Positions 14,277 to 27,174 of a stretch of 64,000 bases of DNA are shown in pieces; within the stretch, counting starts at the first letter, position 1; the number at the start of each line of letters is the position of its first letter. The notes below the pieces were generated by a model. That model did not search any database. It had not been told where the DNA came from and saw nothing but the letters and a program-made list of their open reading frames with translations. This stretch comes from Okamejei kenojei (lineage: Eukaryota), in the NCBI GenBank assembly GCA_035221665.1, contig CM069153.1:19220001-19284000 (forward strand), in the 5' to 3' direction. Position numbers and translations under genes: made by a program.

Positions 14277-14637
14277 GTAAGTCCTTAACTAATCAATCTT
14301 CCAAGGAAGAATAAAGATGTACATTGACCATACGGCAATTTGATTTTGTAAAAATGCATCTATATCAATTGTAAATATGAATTGCCATTTTAAGATGAAC
14401 AGCTTGGAGGAACAAAATCTCCTATTACCTGATACAACTGTTCATTGGGTGAGACCAGGTGGAAAAACCTTAATAATGTTGTATCATTAGTTGAATAACT
14501 AAATCCTGCACCTGGAAGGTATTCTATACCTGTAGGTTGATTGAAAGATGAATCAAATACAGTGGAGGAACAACCTATTGGATCATGCTGAGTAGATGAA
14601 TAAGGAATAGCTGACTTCTTACAGATGTGTATTATCA

Positions 14638-14925
14638 CTTTAGATTTTAGAGATGCAATGTGGAAACAGGCCCTTCGGCGCACCAAGTCCACACCGACCA
14701 ACGGTCACCCCGTATTCTAACGCTATCTTACACACTAGAACAATTTATAATTTCCAGAAACCAATTCACCAACAAACCTGTACGTCTCTGGCATGTGGGA
14801 GGAAACCAGCGCACCCAGATAAAACCCACGCAGTCACAGTGAGACAGCACCCGTAGTCTGGATCAAACCCAGGTCTCTGGTAATTCCGTAAGGCAGCAGC
14901 TCTACCACTGTGCCTCTGCTGCCAA
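14638..14925 (-). mobile_element. V-SINE (HE1-like)
   Basis: Reverse complement of the family consensus. Confidence 0.8.
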
Positions 14926-15805
14926 AATGTTTATTTCTGTAACATAAATTATATTCCTTTAAACACTTATTTCGAACTGATCTAGTCATATTTCTAAAGT
15001 GCTCTCCCTCATGAAACCATCAATGTGCGCATCAATATTGTTGGGTTAAGTCTGTTGTTCGTGCATTAAATGGCCACCAGTTTTATAATTTAAACCAATT
15101 AGTTGTGTTTGGTTGTTTACGCAGGATGTCATTGAGTCTCTGTTCCTGTGAGGATCAAAGTGATAGTTCAATGAATGTTCATCCCATGATTATTTCTAAA
15201 CCTGACTCTTTCCGGCACCAAGGTTTAATTGGACATAAACAACGTCTGCAGCCATTTAGATGAATGAATATTTTCCGGGCACACATTCAAATCATCGAAT
15301 ACACTTGACATGCTTGTTGCTAAATGCTATCTTATTCCTAAACCAAATGCAGAAAAGCACAAGTTAAAGGCTTACAACTAATGCACAAACCACCCAACTG
15401 CTGATCTAGCCCTGTCCCAGTGGACACACAATGGCCCTTATCATTAATTGTTCATCAGATAAAGAGATTTTCTCATGGTGGGTGGTGGCACTGTAGAAGA
15501 GCACTCGACACGATGCATCCTTGGTGGCCTCAGATCACCGCGATTCCAAGGACCAATGTTTTATCCCAGATATTAATGATACAAAAAGCTGCTGCAATTT
15601 TCACTCATTGAATGTTTTTACTTGAATGTTGCTTTATCTAAAGTGGATTAATGACGACGTTGCTGCCCTGTTGCTAGCAGGCATATTCAAAGTTCAATGG
15701 TTGGTGAAGAGTAAGCTCAAAATTGAGTTTTAAACACATTCCATTTTTTCATACACTGTGGTCTCCGCTGTAACCCTATTTAAAATGAGGCAGATTTGAG
15801 TGGAG

Positions 15806-15901
15806 GGTTACACAAAAAGCTGGAGAAACTCAGCGGGTGCAGCAGCATCTAAGGTGCGAAGGAGATAGGCGACGTTTCGGGTCGAGACCCTTCTTCGTTA
15901 A
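15806..15901 (-). mobile_element. Short Penelope-derived hammerhead element
   Basis: Reverse complement of GAAGAAGGGTCTCGACCCGAAACGTCGCC. 15-bp TSD CAGATTTGAGTGGAG at 15791-15805 and 15902-15916. Confidence 0.85.
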
Positions 15902-16704
15902 CAGATTTGAGTGGAGCTGTCTATATTTGTATCTCTGGATCTCAGCAAGGCAGGACTCCCCCAAGTGTAAACAAATCTTCATTCCATTACAACCACAAAC
16001 TCAGAGTAAATGCAATATAAGGGCATGCACGCTCGCTTAAGTTAACATTCAGAATGTGTATCTGAATAGGTCCTTGTAACAAATTGCAATTAACGTGATG
16101 AACAAATGTCAAAATCATTTTAGTAGATGTCAGTTATCTTAAATCAAGGCTACATTTCAATTCATTTATAACAATTCAACACCCAACATGAAATGTATGT
16201 GGTATAATTGTCTTTCTGGAACCATTAGCATTTTCCTACTCCGTGTTTTTTTGTATAAGTTCTAAATAAACTGCTGCCACTAGCGGCCACACTATAATGG
16301 CCTTTGAGCTACCTGGGAACAGTAAAGCTCGCTGTTTCTCTGACATATTTCGAAGTGAACCTAGCATATGTAACTCGTAATCTGTCATCAGAGTGACCCT
16401 GCTCTGAGACACTAATGTAAACGGGGCAGTTTCAGGATTGGTCATCTTCACTGACTAGATACCCATTCCATCTGCTAATGTAAACAAGGCTAATGACTCT
16501 TGCACATCCTGTCACTTCCATGCTGTGAACCATAAAGAAGACAGTCAAAGGGTAATTACAGCATATCATTTTTGTCCTTCCTGTGGGGAGAATTATAATT
16601 ATCATCATGATAATGAGTTCTTCCTCAATTCATAGTTTTTTGTAATTGCACATTGTGTTCTATTTCTGCTGTTGTGTCCTTTACCTGTGATTAATGAAAT
16701 CATT

Positions 16705-17245
16705 GAACCATACAGCATGGAACAGGCCATTTAACCCAACTCTTCCATGCTGAGCCGAAGCTTACTTCTGCATTAACCCTATTGCACAGCACTTGGTCCA
16801 TGGCCTTCTATGCCTAAACGATTCAATTGTTCATCTGGCCACTTCATAAATACTATCAGTAATTTAGTTTTCAGTCTTTCACCACTCTTCACAGGCAGTG
16901 CATTCCAAAAACTTACCACACTTTGGATGAAGAAGATCATCCTAATATCATCTCCGAATTTCACTACCTTATCCCCTTACCCTCACCCTATGCAGCCTAC
17001 CTTTACCTTTGATATGGGGAAGAGTATCCCGCAGCCTGCGCTAGCTGTACCCTTCGTAATTCTATATATCTGTTGTTTCCCCTCTTAACCTTCTCTCCTC
17101 CAGGGAGAAAATACTTAGTTTCTCCAAACACTCTTCATAAATGAACTGCTTCATCCAAGGCAACGCCATGGTGAATCCCCTCTGCACCTTCTCCAGTGAT
17201 ATCACATCCTTCCTATAGCTTGTAACCAGAATTGGACACATTACT
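16705..17245 (-). mobile_element. Older CR1 LINE 3' fragment
   Basis: Minus-strand remnants YRKDVISLEKVQRGFT..LP, FSLEERRLRG and FFIQSVVSFWNALP. Confidence 0.8.
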
Positions 17246-18769
17246 CCAGCCACGGGCGGGGGATGGGTGTGTGGGGGTGGGGGGTGTTGTGGGGGGAGGG
17301 GGGTGTGGGTTGGGGAGGGGGGTTGTGGGGGTAGAGGGGTGTGTGGGTGGGGGAGAGAGATTTGTGGGGGGGGGGGGTGAGCTCGGAGAAAAGACAGGGA
17401 AGAGCCATGGGTGAGAGGAGGTTATGACGGGGGAGGGGGGATGAGCCAGCAAGGGGGACCAGAGGGGTAGTGGCTGTAATTGGCGGTGCAATGGGGACTC
17501 ACAGCAGGTGCTGGTCGCTGATCATTCTCCTCCGCCGGGATCAGAGTCTCCGTTTTCCGTTTGGCGACATCTCCGACTCCAGGCTGGGCTGGGTCTCCGA
17601 CTCCAGGCTGGGCTGGGTCTCCAACGCTGGGCTGCTCGGGGCTGGGCTGCTTCGGATCCCTCCGAAAATTGTGTCCGGTTGGAAACCTACGCCGGCTCTC
17701 CGCAGCTCCAGTATAGACGCGATGGTACAGGAAGAGGTGGACCGTCCTGGTGAATGACTGGGGAAGAGACTAATGCGCGCGGCGCTGAACGGCAGAAGAG
17801 ATCGATCTGCACATGCGCGATTTTTAACATTTTTTAAACCTCGCTAATTTTTACGACAGTCAACTGATCGGAACGAAACTTGGTGCAATCGCAGCATAGG
17901 AGAACTGTGAGTGAACTGGCGAAAAATCGTAGCACTATTGTGAACCGTTTTTGCGCAAATAGAAAGACCGCACAAACCAGAAGATAATAAGATCAGAGTT
18001 TTAGTTATGTATAGATACTTTAATATAATATACTAATGTATAATGTAGATAAAATATAGATACATAATACATTCATATTTTTCAGGAAGTAGATGAATAA
18101 ATGCTGGAGTAATAGATTCCACAAATACAAATCCATCATCAATCCATTCCATTATAGGAGGAGGCTTATAATTTGCTAAAAAATACTTTCATTTCATTAA
18201 CTGCAAAAAATAAATTAATGATGCAGGGCTATGATTGTCTGTATCCTTACTTTGGGAATGTCCAAGGTTTGTGACAATGTTTCTGCCTTATGGGGGCTTC
18301 CCATTACTACTAAATGACACAGTGTCATCGATGTCTGCCTTTGCTGAGAGATAGAGAGTGATCCATGTTATTTAGTGCTTCATCCTTTATTGCCTGGGTG
18401 AAGGACAATGTTGTGCACAAGGAAGATTGATGAGGGACTTTTGTTTACACGTGTGTGTGACCCATTCTAGTGAACCCATCCTAGTCATCAATGGCTTGGA
18501 GCTCCTTCTTCAAGCGTGCTCAAACACCTGTGATGGCTGTGCATTACAGCTCAGTGACTGAGATTGGGGTGGAGGTGATGCAAGTTAAACAGTTTCCATT
18601 AAGATTAGTTCCACTCCAGTGGAGGATCTGTTGGTGTTGGGATGGAATAGTGAGGCAAGGAAAATTAAAAAGGTTGGACTGTGACACAGTCTGCACTGGG
18701 GCTGGGTCTACATTGCATCTGTTGGTTAGGAGTATAGTTTGCAAGACATCATTTGGGAAACAAAGAATA

Positions 18770-19397
18770 GTTTAATTATTGTCACTGCACCAAGGTACAG
18801 TGAAGAGCTTTTGCTTTTGCATACTATCCAGTCAAAGAAAGACGATCCATGAATACAATCAAGGCCCCACAGCGCACAGATAAAGAATAAAGGGTACACT
18901 GAAGATAGACATAAAATTCTGGAGTAACTCAGCGGGTCAGGCAGCATCTCTGGAGAAAAGGAACAGGTGACATTTCGGGTCAAGATCCTCGATCAGACTG
19001 AGTTACTCCAGCATTTTGTGTTTATCTCCAGTGTAAGCTAGCATGTGCATTTCCCTCTTACACATAAAGGATACATAATTTAGTGCAAAATATAGCATTT
19101 AGTGCAAAATATAGCATTGAGGTCCGATATAGTCAGAATAAAGATTATTCAAAGGTCTCCATTGAGATAGATGAGAGGTCAGCATTGTACTCCAGCTGTG
19201 AGAGGCCTGTTCAATTGCCTGATAACAGCTGGGAAGAACTTCTGAATTTACCTGATGGGAGAGGGGAGAAGGAGGGAGTGATCGGGGTGAGACTGGTCTT
19301 TGATTATGCTGGTGGCCTTGCTGAGGCAGCATGAAGTGTAGATGGAGTCATTGGAAAGGAGGCTGATCTGCATGATAGTCCACAACTCTCTGCAATG
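18770..19397 (-). mobile_element. Rex1/Babar-type LINE 3' fragment interrupted by a Penelope-derived element (18899-19063)
   Basis: Minus-strand remnants resemble the Rex1 C-terminus (LQRVV, IYTS.CL, SIIKDQSHP, FPAVIRQLN). The insert has a 12-bp TSD, ATAAAGGGTACA / ATAAAGGATACA. Confidence 0.7.
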
Positions 19398-19645
19398 TAG
19401 ATGAACTTCTGGGATCAACTAGATTTGAGAAGGATTCTCCACAGTCCCTCTGGGTTGACAGAGGCAAAGGATTCTGTAAGCTTGAAAAAGATCATGTATG
19501 GCAGCTGATCCCTCCTCCTGCATTAAAAAAAAATGCACTTCCCAATCCTGTTTGTCGTCATGTCGGAGTGAGGAGAGAGCTGGTAAAGGCCTTCTCAAAT
19601 GGATTTTCTACCCAACATTGCACAACAGTTTCCACCCTACAGATG

Positions 19646-20040
19646 GTAGACAAAAATGCTGGAGAAACTCAGCGGGTGGGGCAGCATCTATAGGAATAGG
19701 TGACGTTTCGGGTCAAGACCCTTCTTCAGACTGATGGGGGGGGGGGCGAAGAAAAACGGAAGAAGCGGAGACAGTAGGGTGTGGGAGAGCTGGGAAGGGG
19801 AGGGGAAGGAGGAAGAGGGCAAGGAGGAAGAGGGCAAGGACTACCTGAAATTGGAGGTCAATGTTCATACCGCTGGGGTGTAAACTACCCAAGCGAAATA
19901 TGAGGTGCTGCTCCTCCAATTTGCAGTGGGACTCACTCTGGCCATGGAGGAGGCCCAGGACAGAAAGGTCGGATTCGGAATGGGAGGGGGAGTTGACGTG
20001 CTGAGCCACCGGGAGATCAGGTTGGTTAATGCGAACTGTG
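19646..20040 (-). mobile_element. Penelope-like element 3' fragment: GIY-YIG endonuclease C-terminus followed by a hammerhead-like pLTR motif
   Basis: ORF 19713-20009 reads VAQHVNSPSHSESDLSVLGLLH..SESHCKLEEQHLIFRLGSLHPSGMNID, matching the typical PLE GIY-YIG end (H..........E...I..L....P.GMN). It runs into CTGAAGAAGGGTCTTGACCCGAAACGTC. Confidence 0.88.
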
Positions 20041-20334
20041 CAGAGGTGTTGTTTACAACTTCCAATGCTTGCTCAAAGGCCCATGTGAAATAAATTTGTG
20101 TTTGAATTTCTGTCCCCCACTGGAGAACAACTCCATGTCGGCTTCGATATTACTTTGTAAGGCCCAAATCAATGTTTAGGCTGCTGTTAGTGGATTGGGC
20201 ACAAATCTGGACACAGTATATAACTGATATAACTGCACATAGCATGCCCTTGGCTCCTACCCACTTTTTTTGCGTCTGTAATATGATTAATATCTTGCTT
20301 TTGTAAAATGAATTTTTAAGGAAATTAAAACACT

Positions 20335-20474
20335 TCACATTTTTAATCACATTCTGAGTCATTCATTAGCACATATGACATCTTAAGTAGATTAAATCTG
20401 ATGCCACATTGATCTACTGTGAAATTAGTTTTTGTGTTTACACCATTTTTTTAATAAGACATTGCTGTGGACTT
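20335..20474 (+). repeat. Copy A of a 140-bp inverted dispersed duplication (partner 63774-63913)
   Basis: Manual alignment gives about 11-12 differences in 140 nt, with a 36-nt identical core TTCATTAGCACATATGACATCTTAAGTAGATTAAAT. Confidence 0.9.
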
Positions 20475-20939
20475 TGACTAATAAGGCAGAATTAACCTGA
20501 ATCAAAAAGTTTTAAAAATATATTCAGTATTCACTTTTAAGTACTCTTTTTAATTCAGTATTTGTTTCACCTGGTTTTAAGAAGATGTTATGCATTGTTA
20601 ATGGCAAAACAATGTGCACTCTGCGCATTGTAATGCGTAAAAGAATAATCAGAGTTGATTTTGCCATACTTCAGAAGGGCTTCAACCTAGAAAAGAGAAA
20701 ATGTTTTGTATAAGATATTCTTAAAGGGGAAAAAAACAGTGCTGGAGTAACGGTGGGTTAGGCAGCATCTGTGGTGAACTCAGATGCTGAGTTACTCCAG
20801 CACTACTTTTTTTTTGTAAACCAGCACTCGCAGTTTTTTTGCTTCTCTATATTCTTAACGGAATTCAATAATGTGGGGCAAGAAAGTTTTAATTCCTTAA
20901 TGTTTCAAACCTAAGACATCTCCCTTTCTCTTTGTTTAG

Positions 20940-21364
20940 GTGCCTTGTTATTAGGTGGCATTCTCTACTCCTGGCAGTTCCCACATTTCAATGCATTAAG
21001 CTGGAACCTCAGAGAGGATTACTCACGAGGAGGCTACCGTATGATGTCGGTCACGCACCCCGCGCTCTGCAAACGGGTGGCATTCCGCCACTGCATAAGT
21101 CTCATTGGACTATCAACGCTCTGTCCCGTCTTTGATGTGACCACGTGGACCTTTCCCCTCATTTCACTCCCAATAAACTTGTACATCAGCTATCTCGGCT
21201 ACCGATTTTACAGGGACTCCAGCCGCAGCAGTGCCCGCAAACTTTTCTTCTGTAGCCTCTGGCATCTTCCAATGTTGCTGCTCCTCATGCTGACCTGCAA
21301 GAAATCGATAGCTGGAAGTGAGAGTACGATCCATCACAAAGTTCAAACAGAAATGCAAGTGTAA
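20940..21364 (+). CDS. COX10: COX10 terminal coding exon, to stop codon TAA
   Basis: Polypyrimidine tract then tttag|GTGCC. Translates (G)[40 protein letters not shown]...[24 protein letters not shown], with the WQFPHF and DY..GG..M COX10 motifs. Confidence 0.97.
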
Positions 21365-22139
21365 TGTTCTTTTTTTTAAAAGAAAACTTCAGAAGGTAGC
21401 TACAGTTATTTCTGTGCCATTTACCATAGTCCCATAAAGTGGGACAGTTTAATTTCTGTTCCTCGACATTTTACGGTTTATTATTGCTGTATGTGATATA
21501 TGCATTATGCAAACAAACTTCACTTTTCATAGGAATAGGTTCAGGCTTTTCACCCCTCAGGCATGCCTCGCTTTACCTTTCAGTTGTAATTTGGTCTCAA
21601 TTCTTTTTCGCTGCCATAGCTCCATAGTCCGTCAAACCTGTATAGCTTAAAAAATAGGGGTATACACAGGTCATATGGTCCCTCGTCATCTGCTCTAACA
21701 TTCAGTAAGTTCATGGTTTGAACAGACCAGAACTACACTATACTGCTCATCTCAATGCTTGACTTCCTAACTAGCAGAAGTCTATTGATCTCGGTCTTAA
21801 AGGCTCCAGATATCCCGATATTCACAGCCTTGTGGGAAAGAGGTTTCCAGATATCCACTAGTTGTATGGGAATAAATGTTTCGCAATCCCCTTCCATAAT
21901 CGCATAATTCTTTTGTTCTTCATTTGCCCATTCATTTAAATCACTTGACTATCTATATCTACCCTAACAAATTGTTTATGACTCTTTAAATCCCTTGATC
22001 AAGATTACACCTTGAATTACTGTGCTCAGAGGAATATAAGCAAAGTTTATGCTACTGTCTTCAAAATTTAACAACTAGCAGGTTCCACATCTCCCTCATT
22101 GTGTCAATAAGGTTATTTTGTGATTTCCATGAATGTAAA

Positions 22140-22266
22140 AGAAGGGTCTCGACCCGAAATGTCACCTATTCCTTCTCTCCAGAGATGCTGCCTGTCCCGC
22201 TGAGTTACTCCAGCTTTTTGTGTCTATCTTCGGTTCAAAGCAACAACTACAGTTCCTTCTTACACA
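22140..22266 (+). mobile_element. Penelope-derived short element in the presumptive COX10 3' UTR (CTGA half-core missing)
   Basis: gaagggtctcgacccgaaatgtcacc...gttccttcttacaca. Confidence 0.8.
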
Positions 22267-23436
22267 CAACGTCCTTTAGTATACTGTTATGGCTGTGGAT
22301 GCCTTAAATGCACAATACATGCACAAGGACCGAACAGATTAATGTATCACTAAGTGCTTTTGAACACCAGGGAATGTTCTGAAGTGCTGGCCAGAATTTC
22401 AGGAAAGATCATTGGACCACAATTTGCATTATCGTGAAATTAGTTATAAAATATGTCATTCAGTGTGTTCTTCAGAGGAAACTAAAAGAAATTCTCAATT
22501 ATTGTGACACTTTGTTTAATTGCAAATTGCAGGTATCTGCCGTTAATACTTGAGGATTTACAACCAAGTTTACATTTCTCTTCCAACTATAAATGTGTGG
22601 TTAGCACTGACATATGTTCAGAAGTACTCAGACAGTTTATTTTGCGACGTTAAACTATTTTAAATTAATGAGTTTGAACTGTTTCAAGGTTTTATGCCTG
22701 AATTGCATTCTTCCTGCGTAAGTTCAATTGAACACAGGTCATTCAGCAATTGATATTGTTGACCATGTCCATTGCAATTGATATTGTTGACCATGTCCAT
22801 TGAAATTGATGGTTGAAAATCGTTCAGATCTCATATTGGGAATTACGTTATGAAACTATGTAAAAAGATTAGCATTTAAATACATTTAAACTGCATTTAA
22901 TGCCACAGTGTTGATACTTTGATATCAAAATTAGGAGATGGTGTGATTCTTCAAATTCATACCACATGGGATAGCAGACTTGTAACTACCATCCTTTCAC
23001 CCCAACAAAGCTCAGAGATTACTTCTGTAGTTTCAAGGTGACAATGTATAAATAGAATAACCATATTTTTAGCAACAGTAATGCAGTTGTAAAATCCAAA
23101 GTGTTTCATATCTATGTACCTGGTTGCTGTAGAAATGACAAGTGTGGTCAGGATGTGAAGTAATCCTCCAGTAATTAATCACTATCATTATGATGATTTA
23201 AAAGAGTGGAATCAGAACCTTAAGCAAATAAAGTCTTGTGAATGTTTGTAATAAATGAGTATAACTGATCAATGTGAAATTAGTCACTTTCTTTTTGTTT
23301 GAAGGCTCGAGAATTCTGTTGTATGGTGACAGTTTGCAACGTGAATATGCAATGCAGACTGTTGTTCGAATGCTGGGCCCTGTGGAGTAGTTTTTAATTG
23401 AAATGGTACAAATGTGTTTAGATTCTATTGTGCCTT

Positions 23437-23480
23437 TGTACTTAAAAGTAAAATAAATGTTTTATATTAGTTTGTGTAAA
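23437..23480 (+). terminator. Candidate COX10 polyadenylation signal (AATAAA 23452-23457)
   Basis: TGTA upstream, AATAAA, then T/GT-rich downstream sequence. Alternative AATAAA hexamers lie at 21871, 23227 and 23250. Confidence 0.4.
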
Positions 23481-24790
23481 TACGAGTCAATCCCATGTTA
23501 TGTCAGGGATTATTACTCTGTCCTTGAGGACAGATTGTGTTTCTCTGAAAGGATTTGGATAACATTTATTAGAGGTCTCTTTAAAATAACTACTCTTAAT
23601 TTTGTTTCCAGGAAAACGAAAACATATTTCACCTACTGCAGGTGGATAAATCTATTTGTTAACTGCATATACTCCAATGATTAATACCTCAGTTACTAAA
23701 GGGATACGTCTTATTGTCCTTTCAAAGTTTGGAAGATTATTTTTGATGGCCAAGTTAAAAAAGATTCCAGAAGAAAGTAATTGGAATCTTAACTTTACAG
23801 AATCTTTTACAACTGTAATAATAATAATAATAAATTGTACTGTGGAGATAGGCAACTGAACCCATTGTGTCAATGCCGGCCCATACTGGTTGAGCAACAT
23901 TGGTCTCCTGTAATTCTATTTCCTACTTCTTTTACTTATTATCCTAATGTTCATGTTAAATACTTGGTAACTTCATTTTGAAAAATATTTTATAGGAGTC
24001 CATACCTTCCCAAAGTTCTCAAGTTTATAAAAACTTGTTCCTGAATACTGGAATATATGTACATAAACTCTTCCAATCTTTGAACACTTAATGGTGCTAA
24101 GCATGAACATTTAAAGTCAGATTTTCATCTGTTACGGGATGTCCGCTCTATTTGCTAAATGTACCACTGAAGAAGGTTCTTAGCAGTGTTACTTTAGTCA
24201 ATATGTTCAGTGCTCCTAAAAGTGTTGTTTTGAGAGATTGGTTCCTAGAACTTTACAATGGAGGAGCCAAGTCTCATCAAACACCTTATGATGTAGATAT
24301 AGCTATTTTCCCATTGTTATTGAAACTTTCATGAAATCAGTGAATTCCATCATCATCCATCTCAGAGCAGCACATGCCCCAATAGGAATTCCTCAGTGGG
24401 ACCTGTGATCAATTTTTTTTTTTTCTTATAAATGTAAGTTTTTTTAAATTTTATTTGTAAATTATCTCACAGAGAAACCAAGATGCGTCTGAGAAAGATA
24501 TTCAAAAGTATTTTGAGTGGTCAGGTACTCACTCATCTGGCAAACTTTCCAGATTGTGCTTTCTTGGTTTATTGTTTCCTTCCAAATATTTAATATTTTC
24601 CAGGTTTTTATCTGCAGTTTATCACACCTTTTAATTCAATGATGGCACTTCCACCTATAAGCTGCTCATAGATATGAGTGTCAGTCCGGAGCAATGAAAC
24701 TAGCACTTCAGTGCAGTGTTTCAGGGAGCACTGCACTATCAGTGGCACAAGCTTTCAGATGGGATGTTAAACTGAATCCACATCTACCCT

Positions 24791-26959
24791 ATGTCTGAAG
24801 AAGGGTCTCGACCCGAAACGTCACCCATTCATTCTCTCCAGAGATGTTGCCTGTTAACAAGGGAAATCAGGGATAGTATCAAAGCAAAGGATGATGCGTA
24901 CAAAGTAGCCAGAAAAAGCAGCATACCAGAGGACTGGGAGAAATTCAGAGACCAGCAGAGGAGGACAAAGGGCTTAATTAGGAAAGGAAAAATAGATTAT
25001 GAAAGAAAACTGGCAGGGAACATAAAAACTGACTGCAAAAGTTTTTATAGATATGTGAAGAGAAAGAGGTTAGTTAAAACAAATGTAGGTCCCTTGCAGT
25101 CAGAAACAGGTGAGTTGATCATGGGGAACAAGGATATGGCGGACCAATTGAATAACTACTTTGGTTCCGTCTTCACTAAGGAAGACATAAATAATCTGCC
25201 GGAAAATAGCAGGGGACTGTGGGTCAAAGGAGGAATTGAGTGAAATCCAGGTCAGTCGGGAAGTGGTGTTGGGTAAATTGAATAGATTAAAGGCCGATAA
25301 ATCCCCAGGGCCAGATAGGCTGCATCCCAGAGTACTTAAGGAAGTAGCTCAGGAAATAGTGGATGCATTAGTGATAATCTTTCAAAACTCTTTAGATTCT
25401 GGAGTAGTTCCTGAGGATTGGCGGGTAGCAAATGTAACCCCTCTTTTTAAGAAGGGAGGGAGAGAGAAAACGGGGAATTACAGACCAGTTAGTCTAACAT
25501 CGGCAGTGGGGAAACTGCTAGAGTCAGTTATTAAAGATGGGATAGCAGCACATTTGGAAAGTGGTGAAATCATTGGACAAAGTCAGCATGGATTTACAAA
25601 AGGTAAATCATGTCTGACGAATCTTGTGGAATTTTTCGAGGATGTAACTAGTAGCGTGGATAAGGGAGAACCAGTGGATGTGGTATATCTGGACTTCCAG
25701 AAGGCTTTCGACAAGGTCCCACATAAGAGATTAGTATACAAACTTAAAGCATACGGTATTAGGGGTTCAGTATTGATGTGGATAGAGAACTGGCTGGCAA
25801 ACAGGAAGCAAAGAGTAGGAGTAAACGGGTCCTTTTCACAATGGCAGGCAGTAACTAGTGGGGTACCGCAGGGCTCAGTGCTGGGACCCCAGCTGTTTAC
25901 AATATATATTAATGATCTGGATGAGGGAATTGAAGGCAATATCTCCAAGTTTGCGGATGACACTAAGCTGGGGGCAGTGTTCGCTGTGAGGAGGATGCTA
26001 GGAGACTGCAAGGTGACTTGGATAGGCTGGGTGAGTGGGCAAATGTTTGGCAGATGCAGTATAATGTGGATAAATGTGAGGTTATCCACTTTGGTGGCAA
26101 AAACAGGAAAGCAGACTATTATTTAAATGGTGGCCGATTAGGAAAAGGGGAGATGCAGCGAGACCTGGGTGTCATGGTACACCAGTCATTGAAAGTAGGC
26201 ATGCAGGTGCAGCAGGCAGTGAAAAAAGCGAATGGTATGTTAGCTTTCATAGCAAAAGGATTTGAGTACAGGAGCAGGGAGGTTCTACTTCAGTTGTACA
26301 GGGTCTTGGTGAGACCACACCTGGAGTATTGCGTACAGTTTTGGTCTCCAAATCTGAGGAAGGACATTATTGCCATAGAGGGAGTGCAGAGAAGGTTCAC
26401 CAGACTGATTCCTGGGATGTCAGGACTGTCTTATGAAGAAAGACTGGATAGACTCGGTTTATACTCTCTGGAATTTAGGAGATTGAGAGGGGATCTTATA
26501 GAAACTTACAAAATTCTTAAGGGGTTGGACAGGCTAGATGCAGGAAGATTGTTCCCGATGTTGGGGAAGTCCAGGACAAGGGGTCACAGCTTAAGGATAA
26601 GGTGGAAATCCTTTAAGACCGAGATGAGAAAGACTTTTTTCACACAGAGAGTGGTGAGTCTCTGGAACTCTCTGCCACAGAGGGTAGTTGAGGCCAGTTC
26701 ATTGGCTATATTTAAGAGTGAGTTGGATGTGGCCCTTGTGGCTAAGGGGATCAGAGGGTATGGAGAGAAAGCAGGTACGGGATACTGAGTTGGATGATCA
26801 GCCATGATCATATTGAATGGCGGTGCAGGCTCGAAGGGCTGAATGGCCTACTCCTGCACCTAATTTCTATGTTTCTATGTTTCTATGTTGCCTGTTCCGC
26901 TGAGTTACTCCAGCATTTTGTCCTACCTTCGATTTAAACCAGCATCTGCAGTTCTTTCC
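24791..26959 (+). mobile_element. Short Penelope-derived hammerhead element, split by the CR1 insertion
   Basis: Intact core CTGAAGAAGGGTCTCGACCCGAAACGTC at 24795-24822; the body resumes at 26897. 14-bp TSD TCCACATCTACCCT at 24777-24790 and 26960-26973. Confidence 0.85.
24856..26884 (+). mobile_element. 5'-truncated CR1-clade LINE (HER1-like), ORF2 RT region with two frameshifts
   Basis: ORFs 24791-25243, 25236-26126 and 26018-26788 contain [50 protein letters not shown] and KFADDTKL. 3' tail (TTTCTATG)n; 12-bp TSD ATGTTGCCTGTT at 24844-24855 and 26885-26896. Confidence 0.96.
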
Positions 26960-27174
26960 TCCACATCTACCCTCTTGGGTTGATGTACTATCAACCAAGA
27001 CACTGATCAACAGAAGGCATTAGAATTCACCCTTTTGACTTACCAGTAAGCTATCCCCCGTGTTAACATTTCTGAAAATAACGACAGCTTTATTGCCTCT
27101 GGAAGATTGCAGTTTGCAAATTAGCTCGGCCTACCTACATTGCAACAGTGATCAGATGTACACAGACCTTATAT

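Noticed and set aside
14081-14314. ORF-track 77-aa and 139-aa (20945) ORFs as standalone genes
   Set aside because: They are COX10 exons read from internal GTG/TTG codons; the first runs into intron sequence.
17213-17491. Proline-rich 92-aa ORF and similar poly-Pro/Gly ORFs at 2810, 39663 and 39721
   Set aside because: Products of low-complexity G/C tracts, with no splice or codon evidence.
21172-21177. AATAAA near the COX10 3' end
   Set aside because: It lies within the coding sequence (P-I-N codons), upstream of the stop codon.
25583-26089. 168-aa minus-strand ORF
   Set aside because: Antisense shadow of the CR1 reverse transcriptase frame.
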